A DNA stretch of 64,000 bases from an uncultured Candidatus Saccharibacteria bacterium. GTDB taxonomy: Bacteria > Patescibacteriota > Minisyncoccia > Phycocordibacterales > DATDWN01. Positions 19,318 to 28,753 of this stretch are shown here, one piece after another (positions within the stretch are counted from its first letter, which is position 1; the number at the start of each line of letters is the position of its first letter). Made by a program: the position numbers and the translations under genes. The notes beneath the pieces are model-generated. The model was not told the DNA's origin and did no database searches. It worked only from the letters and a program-made list of their open reading frames with translations. The stretch covers positions 47,402-111,401 of the forward strand of contig CAZTQY010000003.1 of NCBI GenBank assembly GCA_964616425.1, given 5' to 3'.

Positions 19318-19815
19318 ATGACAGAAATAACAACAGAACTCGTAAAAGAACTACGGGACAAGACAGGTGTTTCAGTTATGCAATGTAAGAAAGCTCTTGA
19401 AGAGGCTGCTGGCGATATGGAAAAAGCTACAGCTCTACTAATGTCAAAAAGTGCTGAACAAGCTCTTAAAAAGGCAGATAGGACTCTAGGGGCAGGTACA
19501 ATAGGTGCTTATATCCACTCTACTGGTAATGTTGGAACTATGGTAGAATTATTGTGTGAGACTGACTTCGTTGCAAAGAACGAAGAGTTCAAGGCTCTGG
19601 CAAGAGATATAGCTATGCATGTTTCAGCATCAGATCCAAAATTCTTAAAAGCTGATGATGAGGGAGCAGAAGCTGAGCCTGAGTCTGTATTACTTACACA
19701 ACCATTCATAAAAAATCCTGATGTTACGATTACAAACCTTGTACAACAGGCAACCCAGAAATTCGGTGAAAAAATAGAAGTCTCACGATTCGTTAGATTT
19801 TCAATTGCTCAATAA
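19318..19815 (+). CDS. tsf: Elongation factor Ts (short form)
   Basis: MTEITTELVKELRDKTGVSVMQCKKAL UBA-like N-terminus. Confidence 0.85.
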   Translation: MTEITTELVKELRDKTGVSVMQCKKALEEAAGDMEKATALLMSKSAEQALKKADRTLGAGTIGAYIHSTGNVGTMVELLCETDFVAKNEEFKALARDIAMHVSASDPKFLKADDEGAEAEPESVLLTQPFIKNPDVTITNLVQQATQKFGEKIEVSRFVRFSIAQ

Positions 19816-19824
19816 TTTCTATTT

Positions 19825-20205
19825 ATGACAACAATATTATTTTTTGTTTCTCTTTTTGTGCTTGCTTTGCTTGTGGTTTCTAGGATTTTTGCAGTAAATG
19901 CAGAAGTTCAGCAATCTACTCCAAAGATGTTTATAAAGAGTGATGAAGCTATAAACAAATTCATTGATTTTGCTGTATTTAAATACAATAGATACAAAAA
20001 AATCGGACACATCTTTTTGTTTGAATTTATACCATCATATGCTTATGAGTTGTTGGTAAAGATGAAAGACTATGTTTCAAAGAAGTATTACAGTTCAGCA
20101 GATGGGTTTAGAGGAAGAAGAGTATTGCGAAGTAATGGTTCTGTATCTTTCTTTTTAGAAAGTCTTTCTGATGATAAAACTCAGCCAGAAGCTAGAAAGG
20201 TTTAG
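19825..20205 (+). CDS. Hypothetical protein with N-terminal TM/signal segment
   Basis: ORF with a hydrophobic N-terminus. No recognisable domain. Confidence 0.4.
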   Translation: MTTILFFVSLFVLALLVVSRIFAVNAEVQQSTPKMFIKSDEAINKFIDFAVFKYNRYKKIGHIFLFEFIPSYAYELLVKMKDYVSKKYYSSADGFRGRRVLRSNGSVSFFLESLSDDKTQPEARKV

Positions 20206-20333
20206 GGTTGACCCGGTAGTAGATTTTGGCATGGCGCTAATGCGCATGATGAATATCAATGTCAAAATTCACTACCGGGTTGAAATTAGTCTAGGTTTTT
20301 GATACATTAGATAGGTTGTATTAAAACAACATT

Positions 20334-20409
20334 GCCACCTTAGCTCAGTTGGTAGAGCACTCGTTTTGTAAACGAGAGCGGGTCAGTTCGAGCCTGACAG
20401 GTGGCTCCA
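20334..20409 (+). tRNA. tRNA-Thr (anticodon UGU) with encoded CCA
   Basis: Cloverleaf folded by hand: acceptor GCCACCT/AGGTGGC, D-arm GCTC..GAGC, anticodon loop TTTGTAA, T-arm GTCAG-TTCGAGC-CTGAC. Confidence 0.9.
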
Positions 20410-20412
20410 AAA

Positions 20413-20440
20413 CAAAAAAACTCCAGTATTGGAGTTTTTT
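20413..20440 (+). terminator. Terminator after the tRNA
   Basis: ctccagtattggag followed by a ttttttt run. Confidence 0.6.
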
Positions 20441-20460
20441 TGTTTTCCACAATTTATATT

Positions 20461-20488
20461 GATGGTGAACTTTCGTTCACTTATAATT
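20461..20488 (+). promoter_or_regulatory. Promoter with embedded LexA (Cheo-type) box GAAC-N4-GTTC between -35 and -10
   Basis: tgatg GTGAACtttcGTTCAC t TATAAT. The -10 ends 6 nt before the HNH ATG, so the transcript may be leaderless. Confidence 0.5.
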
Positions 20489-20494
20489 ATAGAT

Positions 20495-20914
20495 ATGAAT
20501 CAGAACAGAATTTGTATTGGTTGTGGAATTAAAATGACTTTGCGTCATAAAATAAAATATTGCTCTAATAAATGTCAGATGGGTCACCGTTATAAACTTT
20601 GGTTAATTTGTTGGAGAAATGGTTTAAATACAGGTAATGTAGGTATCACATCTGGGAATATATCAGGTCATTTAAGACGTTATTTAATTGATAAATACAA
20701 AAACAAATGCTCTCAATGTGGCTGGAACAAAATGCACCCAATTACTGGAAATGTACCACTCGAAATAGATCATATAGATGGCAATTCAGAAAATAATAAT
20801 GAAGATAATCTTCGTTTGCTTTGTCCAAACTGTCATGCGTTGACTCCATTTTTTAAAAATTTAAATAGAGGAAAAGGTAGAAAGTGGAGAACAGATAAAT
20901 ACATTAAAAATTAA
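20495..20914 (+). CDS. HNH endonuclease
   Basis: EIDHIDGNSENNNEDNLRLLCPNCH plus N-terminal Cys clusters. Confidence 0.8.
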   Translation: MNQNRICIGCGIKMTLRHKIKYCSNKCQMGHRYKLWLICWRNGLNTGNVGITSGNISGHLRRYLIDKYKNKCSQCGWNKMHPITGNVPLEIDHIDGNSENNNEDNLRLLCPNCHALTPFFKNLNRGKGRKWRTDKYIKN

Positions 20915-20933
20915 TATTGTATACTTATATCCA

Positions 20934-21098
20934 ATGGAGCGGAAAAAACTTGTCTATCTAGGTTTGTTTATAGGGTCGTCTGTTGGTGGTTTTATCCCAT
21001 CATTATGGGATGGTGGAGCGTTTTCTATGAGCGGGATAATCTGGAGTGGAATAGGGGGTATATTGGGGATTTATCTTGGTTTTAAATTTGGAGATTAG
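20934..21098 (+). CDS. 54-aa glycine-zipper membrane peptide (GlsB/YeaQ/YmgE-like)
   Basis: GxxxG repeats: GSSVGGFIPS..GIIWSGIGGILGIYLG. Confidence 0.35.
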   Translation: MERKKLVYLGLFIGSSVGGFIPSLWDGGAFSMSGIIWSGIGGILGIYLGFKFGD

Positions 21099-21790
21099 TT
21101 TCGAGTTGAAGTAGCAGTTGTACTTGTTGCAGTTTTTGCCTTTATTTTTTGTAGGTCTGGTTCAGCCTTTTCTATATCTTCTATACTCTGGAATCCATAG
21201 TAGACTTTATCGTTTATGACTATTGCTGGTAGTTCGTCTTTGACTTTGTTTATTGATATAAGAGTTTTAACTGCTGAAAGGTCAATATTGTAGTCAAAAG
21301 AGTACACTCGTAGTTCAGGGTATTCCTCTCGTAACCTAGTTAGAACATAGCCCTCCTTTTCACAATCAGGACATTTATTATCGATTGAGTAGAAATAGAT
21401 TATTGATATAGGAGTTTTCTTACACTTTTCACTTATTTTGTTCATAAGTAGGTAGTCTTTTATTTCTAAAAGAGAGTAGTATCTTTTAAGTGTCTGGACT
21501 TCCACGTCATCAGATCCACGGTCCTTTTCTGTATAAGCTAGCTTTTCTTCTAGAGTTCCAAGTTCAGTAGAGAGTGTTCCGGTACCAACATCCTTGCAAG
21601 AAGATTCCTCAAGTAATGAAAATTGAGTTTCTGAGGACAGGATATCGATAGCAATATTGTCCTGTATATCTCTTATGTCTAGAACTCTTTTGTTGGCAAA
21701 ATAGTTACTAGTAAGTATTGCTGTAGCAAAAATAACCGCAGTTATTGCAAAAGAAAAAAAGTATTGTTTCCAGTTTATTTGATTGTTCAT
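21095..21790 (-). CDS. Membrane-anchored protein with CPDC (thioredoxin-like CxxC) motif
   Basis: N-terminal TM, and CPDC in a region predicted as thioredoxin-like. Confidence 0.45.
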   Translation of the reverse strand: MNNQINWKQYFFSFAITAVIFATAILTSNYFANKRVLDIRDIQDNIAIDILSSETQFSLLEESSCKDVGTGTLSTELGTLEEKLAYTEKDRGSDDVEVQTLKRYYSLLEIKDYLLMNKISEKCKKTPISIIYFYSIDNKCPDCEKEGYVLTRLREEYPELRVYSFDYNIDLSAVKTLISINKVKDELPAIVINDKVYYGFQSIEDIEKAEPDLQKIKAKTATSTTATSTRN

Positions 21791-21794
21791 GTAA

Positions 21795-23042
21795 TTACCT
21801 CCAGGTTGTGTTTATTTTAAAGAGGGCATTGAAGGCCGCTCGTATTATCCAGATAGGTGCAATAAACATATACAAAGATAGGTAATAAATCAAATCCATA
21901 CCCAAATCGAGTTTACCTTCTGACATTCTTTTGGAAATAACAATAAACGTAATAGTTCCGATAGCTGTAGCAAATCCCAACAAAGTAAGTATCTGAGTAT
22001 TCAAATAAAATAAATCAAAATGGATACTTGGCCAGCTCAAGTTCCATCCAACAGTGCTAACAACTTTATATTGGTTGAAAATAGCTCTGATAAAACTCAA
22101 GACAGAAACACTAGAAACAAATACTACAGAAACAATAGATATGGCTGCCATAGGTAAAACAAGCATTCCTACATTTCCGTATTTTCTTTTGAAAAACATA
22201 TAGCGATAGTCCTTTGCGTTTTGAATAAAGCCATGAGACCAACGAACTCTTTGCTTTAGGAGTTTTCGAACAGTGTTTGGTGGAACAGTATAAACAAATG
22301 CATTGTGGGCATGAACTATTTTAAATCCATTTTCCTGCATTCTGAGGGCGATCTCTATGTCCTCAGTGTTGTGTGCATGCCTGTATGGTCCAAGTTTGTC
22401 GAATACGTCTCGTCTAAAAATAGAGAATGGTCCAGGTGTTATATATATAGCGTTCATGTATTGGAACATCTTCCTTGTGAATATTCCAAAGCCATACTCT
22501 ATTTTCTGGAGTAGTTGGAGTATGGATTTTGGTTCCCAAAGTTTAATAGATGGAGCCACCGCCATAGTCTCCTTGTCCTGGAAGTAATATACGATTTTCT
22601 TTAGTGTATCTTTGTGAACATATGAGTCAGCGTCTAGACAACCAACTAGTTCAGTACTAAGTTTTGATAATCCATAATTTAGTGCAGTATATTTACCTCC
22701 ATTTTTCTTTGTGTGGAGTTCAATCTGAGGGTGGTTTTTAAATTTTTGTACAACTTCCCATGTGTTGTCTGTGGAACCATCATCCACTATCATTATTTTC
22801 AGTTTATCCTTTGGGTAGTCCAAGTTGAGTATAGAGTGTATAGTTTTTCCAACTGTTCTCTCTTCATTCCAGCAAGGTACGATAACAGTTACTGTCGGGT
22901 ATTTTTTGACTCCTTGCGCGACAAGCGCCTCCTCAGCCTCGATATTTTTTTTATTTGCAAAGTATGTAATAAGCAAAAAAACTTCAAAATTTAATGAAAT
23001 AAAGAGAAATACATATGTAATTGAGTTTGTTAGGTTGTACAT
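21795..23042 (-). CDS. Family 2 glycosyltransferase, processive type (QxxRW)
   Basis: VPCWNEE, DDGSTD, QRVRW motifs and C-terminal TM helices. Confidence 0.85.
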   Translation of the reverse strand: MYNLTNSITYVFLFISLNFEVFLLITYFANKKNIEAEEALVAQGVKKYPTVTVIVPCWNEERTVGKTIHSILNLDYPKDKLKIMIVDDGSTDNTWEVVQKFKNHPQIELHTKKNGGKYTALNYGLSKLSTELVGCLDADSYVHKDTLKKIVYYFQDKETMAVAPSIKLWEPKSILQLLQKIEYGFGIFTRKMFQYMNAIYITPGPFSIFRRDVFDKLGPYRHAHNTEDIEIALRMQENGFKIVHAHNAFVYTVPPNTVRKLLKQRVRWSHGFIQNAKDYRYMFFKRKYGNVGMLVLPMAAISIVSVVFVSSVSVLSFIRAIFNQYKVVSTVGWNLSWPSIHFDLFYLNTQILTLLGFATAIGTITFIVISKRMSEGKLDLGMDLIYYLSLYMFIAPIWIIRAAFNALFKINTTWR

Positions 23043-24226
23043 TAGCGTATTGTGGCTTGGTATGCAGATTTCGTTACTTCTTCAAGCTTTTTGTGTAAAA
23101 AGTCTACATCTTCAGAGGTTAAGGTTCTATTAAGAGATCTGTATGTTACTCGGTACGCATAGCTTACTTTTCCTTCACCAAACTTTGCAGCATTTTCATA
23201 TTTATCTAGTAGCTCTACCTGCTCAACAAGTCCAGGAGCATTTTCTCGAACTAGGTCGAAATAGTCGTTAGGTAGAAAGTCATTTGTTACAACAAAAGAA
23301 ATATCTCTTACTACAGGAGGGAACTTTGAAACCTCTACGAACTTTTGTCCAAGTTTCAGCTGTTTTGTCACTCTCTCGTCGTCAGACCATAGCAGTCGGA
23401 TATCTGGTAGTTCCATAGATATGATAGCTAGTCTCTCCAATCCAAACCCGAATGCCCAACCATTGTAGACGTTAGAGTCCACTCCAAGTTTCTCTAGAAC
23501 ACTACCCTGAACAACACCTGCACCGAGTACCTCTACCCACTGCCCGTCTTTGTCCACTTCCATCTCTAGGCTGTCGTGCGTATAAGGGAATGTATCTGGA
23601 TTAAATCTATATTTTATTTCTTTGCCGAACACAGACTGTGCAACTTCGATCAAAACATCTTTGAGGTCGTCTTGATTTATTTCCTTCTCAGACTTTTTGC
23701 AGAGGTATAGTCCATCTACCTGGTGGAAGATGTTCATGTGTCTTCGATCGATCTCATCCTTTCGGTAAACTTTTCCGTGACAGATAACGGCCATGTCGAG
23801 ACCCTTTGCCATTTTTTCTTTTATTTCAGGTCTGTTGAAGTAGTACCACCACATAACTGTTGTATGTGTTCGGAGAATATAGTCTTGGTTTACATAGTAT
23901 GTGTCTGACTTGCTTCGAGCAGGGTGACTAGCAGGGAAGTCAAAGAGGTCAAAAGTCTGAACCATAGGTACTATCTCTGGGATAGTTATGACATCGAACT
24001 TTTTGAAAGTGTCGAGTGCCTTTACTCGGTCTGCTATTTCTTTGATAGGGCTACCGTCTTTTCGAGAAAGGTCATCCATTGCTAAATAGCGCTTTATTCG
24101 AGCGCTCTCTGCATCTGTTCTCTCCTCAAGCTCTTTGCGTAGAGTTTGGTCGTTACTGTCTACTTCAATGTACTCTTTTCGATCGAGTTCTGGAGAGGAG
24201 TAGAGGTCCTTCATACTGTTTGACAT
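23042..24226 (-). CDS. pheS: Phenylalanyl-tRNA synthetase alpha subunit
   Basis: Class II motifs 2 and 3 (..FHQVDG.., GFGLERLAII). Confidence 0.85.
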   Translation of the reverse strand: MSNSMKDLYSSPELDRKEYIEVDSNDQTLRKELEERTDAESARIKRYLAMDDLSRKDGSPIKEIADRVKALDTFKKFDVITIPEIVPMVQTFDLFDFPASHPARSKSDTYYVNQDYILRTHTTVMWWYYFNRPEIKEKMAKGLDMAVICHGKVYRKDEIDRRHMNIFHQVDGLYLCKKSEKEINQDDLKDVLIEVAQSVFGKEIKYRFNPDTFPYTHDSLEMEVDKDGQWVEVLGAGVVQGSVLEKLGVDSNVYNGWAFGFGLERLAIISMELPDIRLLWSDDERVTKQLKLGQKFVEVSKFPPVVRDISFVVTNDFLPNDYFDLVRENAPGLVEQVELLDKYENAAKFGEGKVSYAYRVTYRSLNRTLTSEDVDFLHKKLEEVTKSAYQATIR

Positions 24227-24276
24227 ATGTCGAAACTATAGCGAAAAATAGGCGTTTTGTAAAATTTTTGTAATCA

Positions 24277-24415
24277 AAACAAAACTTTTTTCAGACCGCT
24301 CGCTTTTCCAGCGAAAAGCTTGCTTTGTCCTCGGTCGCAACTTGTCAATGAGCCGAGCAAAGCTCGGACTTTGACAGGACCATGCTTGCGACCTGTGGGG
24401 TCATCAAAAAGTTTT
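24277..24415. ncRNA. Candidate structured RNA element gamma, copy A (strand undetermined)
   Basis: Shares cttttccagcgaaaag, tgtcctc, ttgtcaatgagc and ttgaca.ag.ccatgct with 44630-44750. Two helices covary: ggtcgcaa/ttgcgacc and cgagc/gctcg. Confidence 0.4.
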
Positions 24416-24435
24416 GTTTTGAGTAAAATTTAGTA

Positions 24436-24490
24436 AACAAAAAACCCCGCACAGAACCGGGCGCGAACTGCGCGGGGTTCTGTGTGGGTG
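24436..24490 (-). terminator. Strong bidirectional GC hairpin terminator for cassette D gene
   Basis: cacagaacc..ggttctgtgcgggg plus T6 on the minus strand. Confidence 0.55.
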
Positions 24491-24503
24491 GGGATTGATG
24501 AGA

Positions 24504-24896
24504 TTACAGAATGATGGCTGTGACTTTCTCACTTCCACCAACCATCTCAACAACTTCTTCAACTGGGTTGCGTCTGGTGTGGGCGGTCTTGGGTATCGGC
24601 TTGACCTCGAAGGTCTTGCCGTGCTTTTCGACAAGTTCCGCCAACCATACCTCCCAGTTGTCTGGGTTGACCTGTGAAGCATCGATATTCGCGAGTTGAG
24701 GGAACTGTGAAAGAAGAAATGGCTTACACTCGTCCATCACTCGGGGGACTTGGTGAGTGAACACCACATCTCCAGTCATGTAGTTCAGGATGTCGTAGTA
24801 AGCTTCCACGCCCCGTGGAGCAACCAAATAACCAGTTGTGACAGTCAGGATATCGCCCAGATGGAAACTTTTCATCGTTTTCGCCTCGTGGAACAT
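24504..24896 (-). CDS. High-GC cassette D: hypothetical protein (phage-like flavour)
   Basis: Clean 130-aa ORF, GC about 52%, with its own terminator. Confidence 0.5.
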   Translation of the reverse strand: MFHEAKTMKSFHLGDILTVTTGYLVAPRGVEAYYDILNYMTGDVVFTHQVPRVMDECKPFLLSQFPQLANIDASQVNPDNWEVWLAELVEKHGKTFEVKPIPKTAHTRRNPVEEVVEMVGGSEKVTAIIL

Positions 24897-25044
24897 GGGG
24901 CATAAATGCCCAAAATCAACTGCGCGAATTATGGCATATTTATTACCTATTTGTCAATATATAATTTACCCCAAAATTCATCACTTTTTCCTTGTGATGA
25001 CATCCAAATTTTGCTATAATTACTCGCATAACAAATCACAAAAT

Positions 25045-27102
25045 ATGGCTAAAAAAGACTCTTACGGTGCAGATGCGATACAGATTCTCGAAGGACTAGA
25101 ACCAGTTAGAAAGCGACCGGGAATGTACATTGGTACAACAGGACTCGACGGACTACATCACCTTATTTGGGAAATTTTTGACAACTCTCGTGACGAAGCC
25201 ATGGGTGGTTTCGCAAACGACATCGAGGTGACACTCCTACCTGGAAACAGAATCCGAGTTACAGACAACGGAAGAGGTATCCCTGTTGATATTCACAAAC
25301 AAACAAAAGTTTCAGCACTTGAAACTATCATGACAACTCTCCATGCTGGAGGAAAGTTCGGTGCAGAGGACGGAGGTTACAAAGTCTCTGGAGGTTTGCA
25401 CGGAGTAGGTGCGTCTGTGGTAAACGCTCTATCTATCTACTGTAAAGTAACTGTTCACAAGGAGGGCAACGGTATCTACGTGCAGGAATATTCTCAAGGA
25501 AAGAGAAAAGCTCTTGTAAAGAAAGTTGGATCAACAAAGAAAAACGGAACTATAGTTTTGTTCGAACCAGATCCAGCTATTTTCCCAATCATTGAGTTTG
25601 ATGCAAAAAGAGTTGTCGATCATTTGAGACAGCAGGCCTATCTAGTAAAAGGTCTACGTATCACAGTTAACGACGCTTCAAAATACGAAGGTAAAATAAA
25701 AGAAGACGAAGTTTTCAAAATTGGGGAGCTTGGACTCGAGATCCCATCAATGTCTTTTTACTTTGAGGGAGGACTGCTTTCTCTAGTAAAGTTCGTAAAT
25801 ACAACTTTCAAACCTGTTCACAAAAATGTTTTCTATGTTGAGAAAAAAACAAATGAATGGGAGTCAGTGGAAGTATCACTACAGTATGTTGATGATATTT
25901 CTTCTCGTATTCTTGGTTTCGCAAACAACATTCACACACCAGAAGGTGGAACACACGTTACTGGTTTTAAAACTGCTCTAACTCGTGCACTGAACTCATA
26001 CGGACGAAAGAACAACCTTATCAAAGAAAACGATGACAACTTTACTGGAGAGGATGTTCTCGAGGGTCTAACGGCGGTTGTTTCTGTAAAACTACGAGAG
26101 ATACAGTTCGAAGGTCAGACAAAAGCAAAACTTGGAACAGTGGAGGCTCAGTCTTCTGTTAACACTATTTTCTCAGAAGCATTTGCAGAATTTCTAGAAG
26201 AAAATCCGGATGATGCAAAGGCAATCATCAACAAAGTTATCCTGGCTCTAAAAGCACGAAAGGCAGCAAAGGCCGCAAAGGATTCTGTTCTACGAAAAGG
26301 TGCGCTAGAAGGAATGACACTTCCTGGAAAGCTTGCCGACTGTCAGTCAAAGTCAGCAGAGGACTCAGAACTGTTTATTGTGGAGGGAGATTCTGCGGGA
26401 GGTACAGCTAAAACAGGCCGTGATCGAAAGACACAAGCGATACTTCCACTACGAGGAAAGATCCTTAACATCGAGAGAGCTAGACTCGACCGAATGTTAG
26501 AGTCAGAGCAGATACGAAACCTCGTTATCGCACTAGGAACAGCGATAGGAGATACATTTGATATATCAAAACTGCGATATCACAAGATAATCATCGCAAC
26601 AGATGCGGACGTGGACGGTGCTCACATTCGAACTCTTATTTTGACTTTGCTATATAGATTTTTCCGACCACTTATCGATGGAGGTTTTATTTACATCGCT
26701 CAACCACCTCTATATAAAATAAAGAAAGGTAGAGAAATATTTTATGCATATTCAGATGACGAGAAAGCAAAAGTAGTTGGAAAGGAAGAAGTTGCAGAGA
26801 TAGAAGAAATAACAGAGGTAGAACCAGAAGCAGATGGTGTGGAAGAGGAAGCAGAGGAAGACACAAAATCTAAATCCAAGAAGTCTAAAATCTCAATTCA
26901 ACGATACAAAGGTCTCGGAGAAATGAATGCAGAAGAACTATGGGAAACAACAATGGATCCCGCTAGACGAGTTCTAAAACAAGTAACTATTGGCGACACA
27001 GTTGGCGCAGACAAAGTGTTTGATGTGCTCATGGGTTCAGACGTTCCATCTCGAAAGTCATTTATACAGTCGAACGCAACAAAGGCAAATTTGGATATAT
27101 AA
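25045..27102 (+). CDS. gyrB: DNA gyrase subunit B (type IIA topoisomerase ATPase subunit)
   Basis: MAKKDSYGADAIQILEGLEPVRKRPGMYIGTT..; GHKL, Toprim (EGDSAGG) and C-terminal domains. Confidence 0.9.
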   Translation: MAKKDSYGADAIQILEGLEPVRKRPGMYIGTTGLDGLHHLIWEIFDNSRDEAMGGFANDIEVTLLPGNRIRVTDNGRGIPVDIHKQTKVSALETIMTTLHAGGKFGAEDGGYKVSGGLHGVGASVVNALSIYCKVTVHKEGNGIYVQEYSQGKRKALVKKVGSTKKNGTIVLFEPDPAIFPIIEFDAKRVVDHLRQQAYLVKGLRITVNDASKYEGKIKEDEVFKIGELGLEIPSMSFYFEGGLLSLVKFVNTTFKPVHKNVFYVEKKTNEWESVEVSLQYVDDISSRILGFANNIHTPEGGTHVTGFKTALTRALNSYGRKNNLIKENDDNFTGEDVLEGLTAVVSVKLREIQFEGQTKAKLGTVEAQSSVNTIFSEAFAEFLEENPDDAKAIINKVILALKARKAAKAAKDSVLRKGALEGMTLPGKLADCQSKSAEDSELFIVEGDSAGGTAKTGRDRKTQAILPLRGKILNIERARLDRMLESEQIRNLVIALGTAIGDTFDISKLRYHKIIIATDADVDGAHIRTLILTLLYRFFRPLIDGGFIYIAQPPLYKIKKGREIFYAYSDDEKAKVVGKEEVAEIEEITEVEPEADGVEEEAEEDTKSKSKKSKISIQRYKGLGEMNAEELWETTMDPARRVLKQVTIGDTVGADKVFDVLMGSDVPSRKSFIQSNATKANLDI

Positions 27103-27103
27103 C

Positions 27104-27134
27104 AAAAAACCTCCCGTTTGGGAGGTTTTTTGTT
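27104..27134. terminator. Bidirectional terminator between gyrB and the pspC-domain gene
   Basis: cctcccgtttgggagg followed by tttttt. Confidence 0.65.
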
Positions 27135-27381
27135 ATATAGTTTCTGTTTTCTTTTCTTCGGTATGATGATGTTTTTGTGTTTGGTGAAATATTGATGGAT
27201 GCTTTGGAATAATCACCGTGGCTACTATGTAACCGAGAATTGCTGGGACAACACCTGTTAGTATTGCTAATACTATGAAAACAAGTCTAAGCACAGTTGG
27301 GTCAATATCCACATACTCACCGATACCCCCGATAACTCCTGCTAGTATTTTGTCCGTGTCACTTTTATATAGTTTTCTCAT
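27133..27381 (-). CDS. PspC-domain membrane protein
   Basis: ILAGVIGGIGEYVDIDPTVLRLVFIVL motif. Confidence 0.8.
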   Translation of the reverse strand: MRKLYKSDTDKILAGVIGGIGEYVDIDPTVLRLVFIVLAILTGVVPAILGYIVATVIIPKHPSIFHQTQKHHHTEEKKTETI

Positions 27382-27410
27382 ATTTTTATAACTTCCGGAT
27401 TTTGAAAGTT

Positions 27411-28664
27411 CTAGGATTTATTGATAATCTCTTCCTTTAGCTTTATTAGAAGTTCATCAGCTGTCATTTGTCCCAACTGTCCGTTGTCTCGTGACTCCAG
27501 AGTGACTTTTCCAGCTTCAACTTCCTTATCTCCTAATACAATCCAGTATGGCATTTTATTTGTTTTTGCATCTCGTACCTTTGATCCTAGGTTTTCATCT
27601 GCTAGATCAAGTTCAGAACGGATACCTGCTTCTATCAGCATTTTGTGGACCTTTTCTGCATACTCACCATGATTTTCTCGAACAGGGATAACTTTAACTT
27701 GAGTTGGTGAAAGCCATAGTGGGAAAGAACCGCCGTAATGTTCGATAAGGAAAGCCATAATCCTTTCGATTGCCCCAATAGATGATCGGTGTATTACAGA
27801 AGAACAAAGTTTTACCGCTCCATCAGAGTCAGTAAATGAAAGTTCAAATTTACCTGGAGCTAGAAAGTCATATTGTACAGTGAATGCAGTATTTTCAATT
27901 CCACGAACGTCTTTCATTTGGACGTCAATCTTTGGTCCATAAAATGCCGCTTCGTTTTCTGCTTCGGTAAACTTCACATCTTGTGATTGTAGAACTTCGC
28001 GCAAAGCTTGCTCTGCCTCATCCCAGGCCTCATCATTTTTAAAATATTTTTTGTCATCATTTCTGTCTCCCAAAGAAAGTCTGTACCAAAAATCTTCTCC
28101 TTTTTTTAGACCAAAAACTCCTGCAACATGTGTTATAAGGTCCAAGGCTCTTTGCACTTCTGATTTTGATTGCTCTTTATTTGCACAAATAATATGGGCA
28201 TCAGCTAGGCAGAATGAACGAACTCGAACAAGTCCAGAAAGGTTTCCAGAGGCTTCATATCGATACAATTTAGCCATCTCAGCTATACGTATTGGTAGTT
28301 CTCTGTATGAGTGAGGCTTAGAAAGATAAAGTTCGTAGTGATGAGGACAAGTCATCGGTCGTAACATAAACTCTTCACCATCAATATCGATAGGAGAATA
28401 CATCGTGTCCTTGTAATATGGATAATGGCCAGACTTTTTATATAAATCTAGTTTTGCAATATCAGGAGTTGATACATGTTTGTATCCACGTTTAATTTCT
28501 TCATCTACTATAAATCTTTCAAGTTCACGTCGGATTGTAGCTCCTTTGTCGGTGTAAAGAGGAAGACCCTTACCAACAACATCTGAGAACACGAATAACC
28601 CTAATTCTTTACCAATGACTCGATGGTCATTTTTATCCATTTCGTTGTTTTTGTCGTTTTCCAT
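27411..28664 (-). CDS. thrS: Threonyl-tRNA synthetase, catalytic core plus anticodon-binding domain; lacks the N-terminal TGS/editing domains
   Basis: HRVIGKELGLF, RPMTCPHH, class II motifs. Confidence 0.85.
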   Translation of the reverse strand: MENDKNNEMDKNDHRVIGKELGLFVFSDVVGKGLPLYTDKGATIRRELERFIVDEEIKRGYKHVSTPDIAKLDLYKKSGHYPYYKDTMYSPIDIDGEEFMLRPMTCPHHYELYLSKPHSYRELPIRIAEMAKLYRYEASGNLSGLVRVRSFCLADAHIICANKEQSKSEVQRALDLITHVAGVFGLKKGEDFWYRLSLGDRNDDKKYFKNDEAWDEAEQALREVLQSQDVKFTEAENEAAFYGPKIDVQMKDVRGIENTAFTVQYDFLAPGKFELSFTDSDGAVKLCSSVIHRSSIGAIERIMAFLIEHYGGSFPLWLSPTQVKVIPVRENHGEYAEKVHKMLIEAGIRSELDLADENLGSKVRDAKTNKMPYWIVLGDKEVEAGKVTLESRDNGQLGQMTADELLIKLKEEIINKS

Positions 28665-28753
28665 AGTAGATACAGCATATCATATCTTCTATTATTTAGA
28701 ATATGTTTGACAATATTATTTCTTTGTAACACTATTTTGTCTGGGGGGAGTTC

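Noticed and set aside
24277-24415. T-box riboswitch hypothesis for element gamma copy A (it lies upstream of pheS on the minus strand)
   Set aside because: The T-box consensus (AATTAGGGTGGNACCGCG) is not present. Copy B is not associated with any aminoacyl-tRNA synthetase gene.
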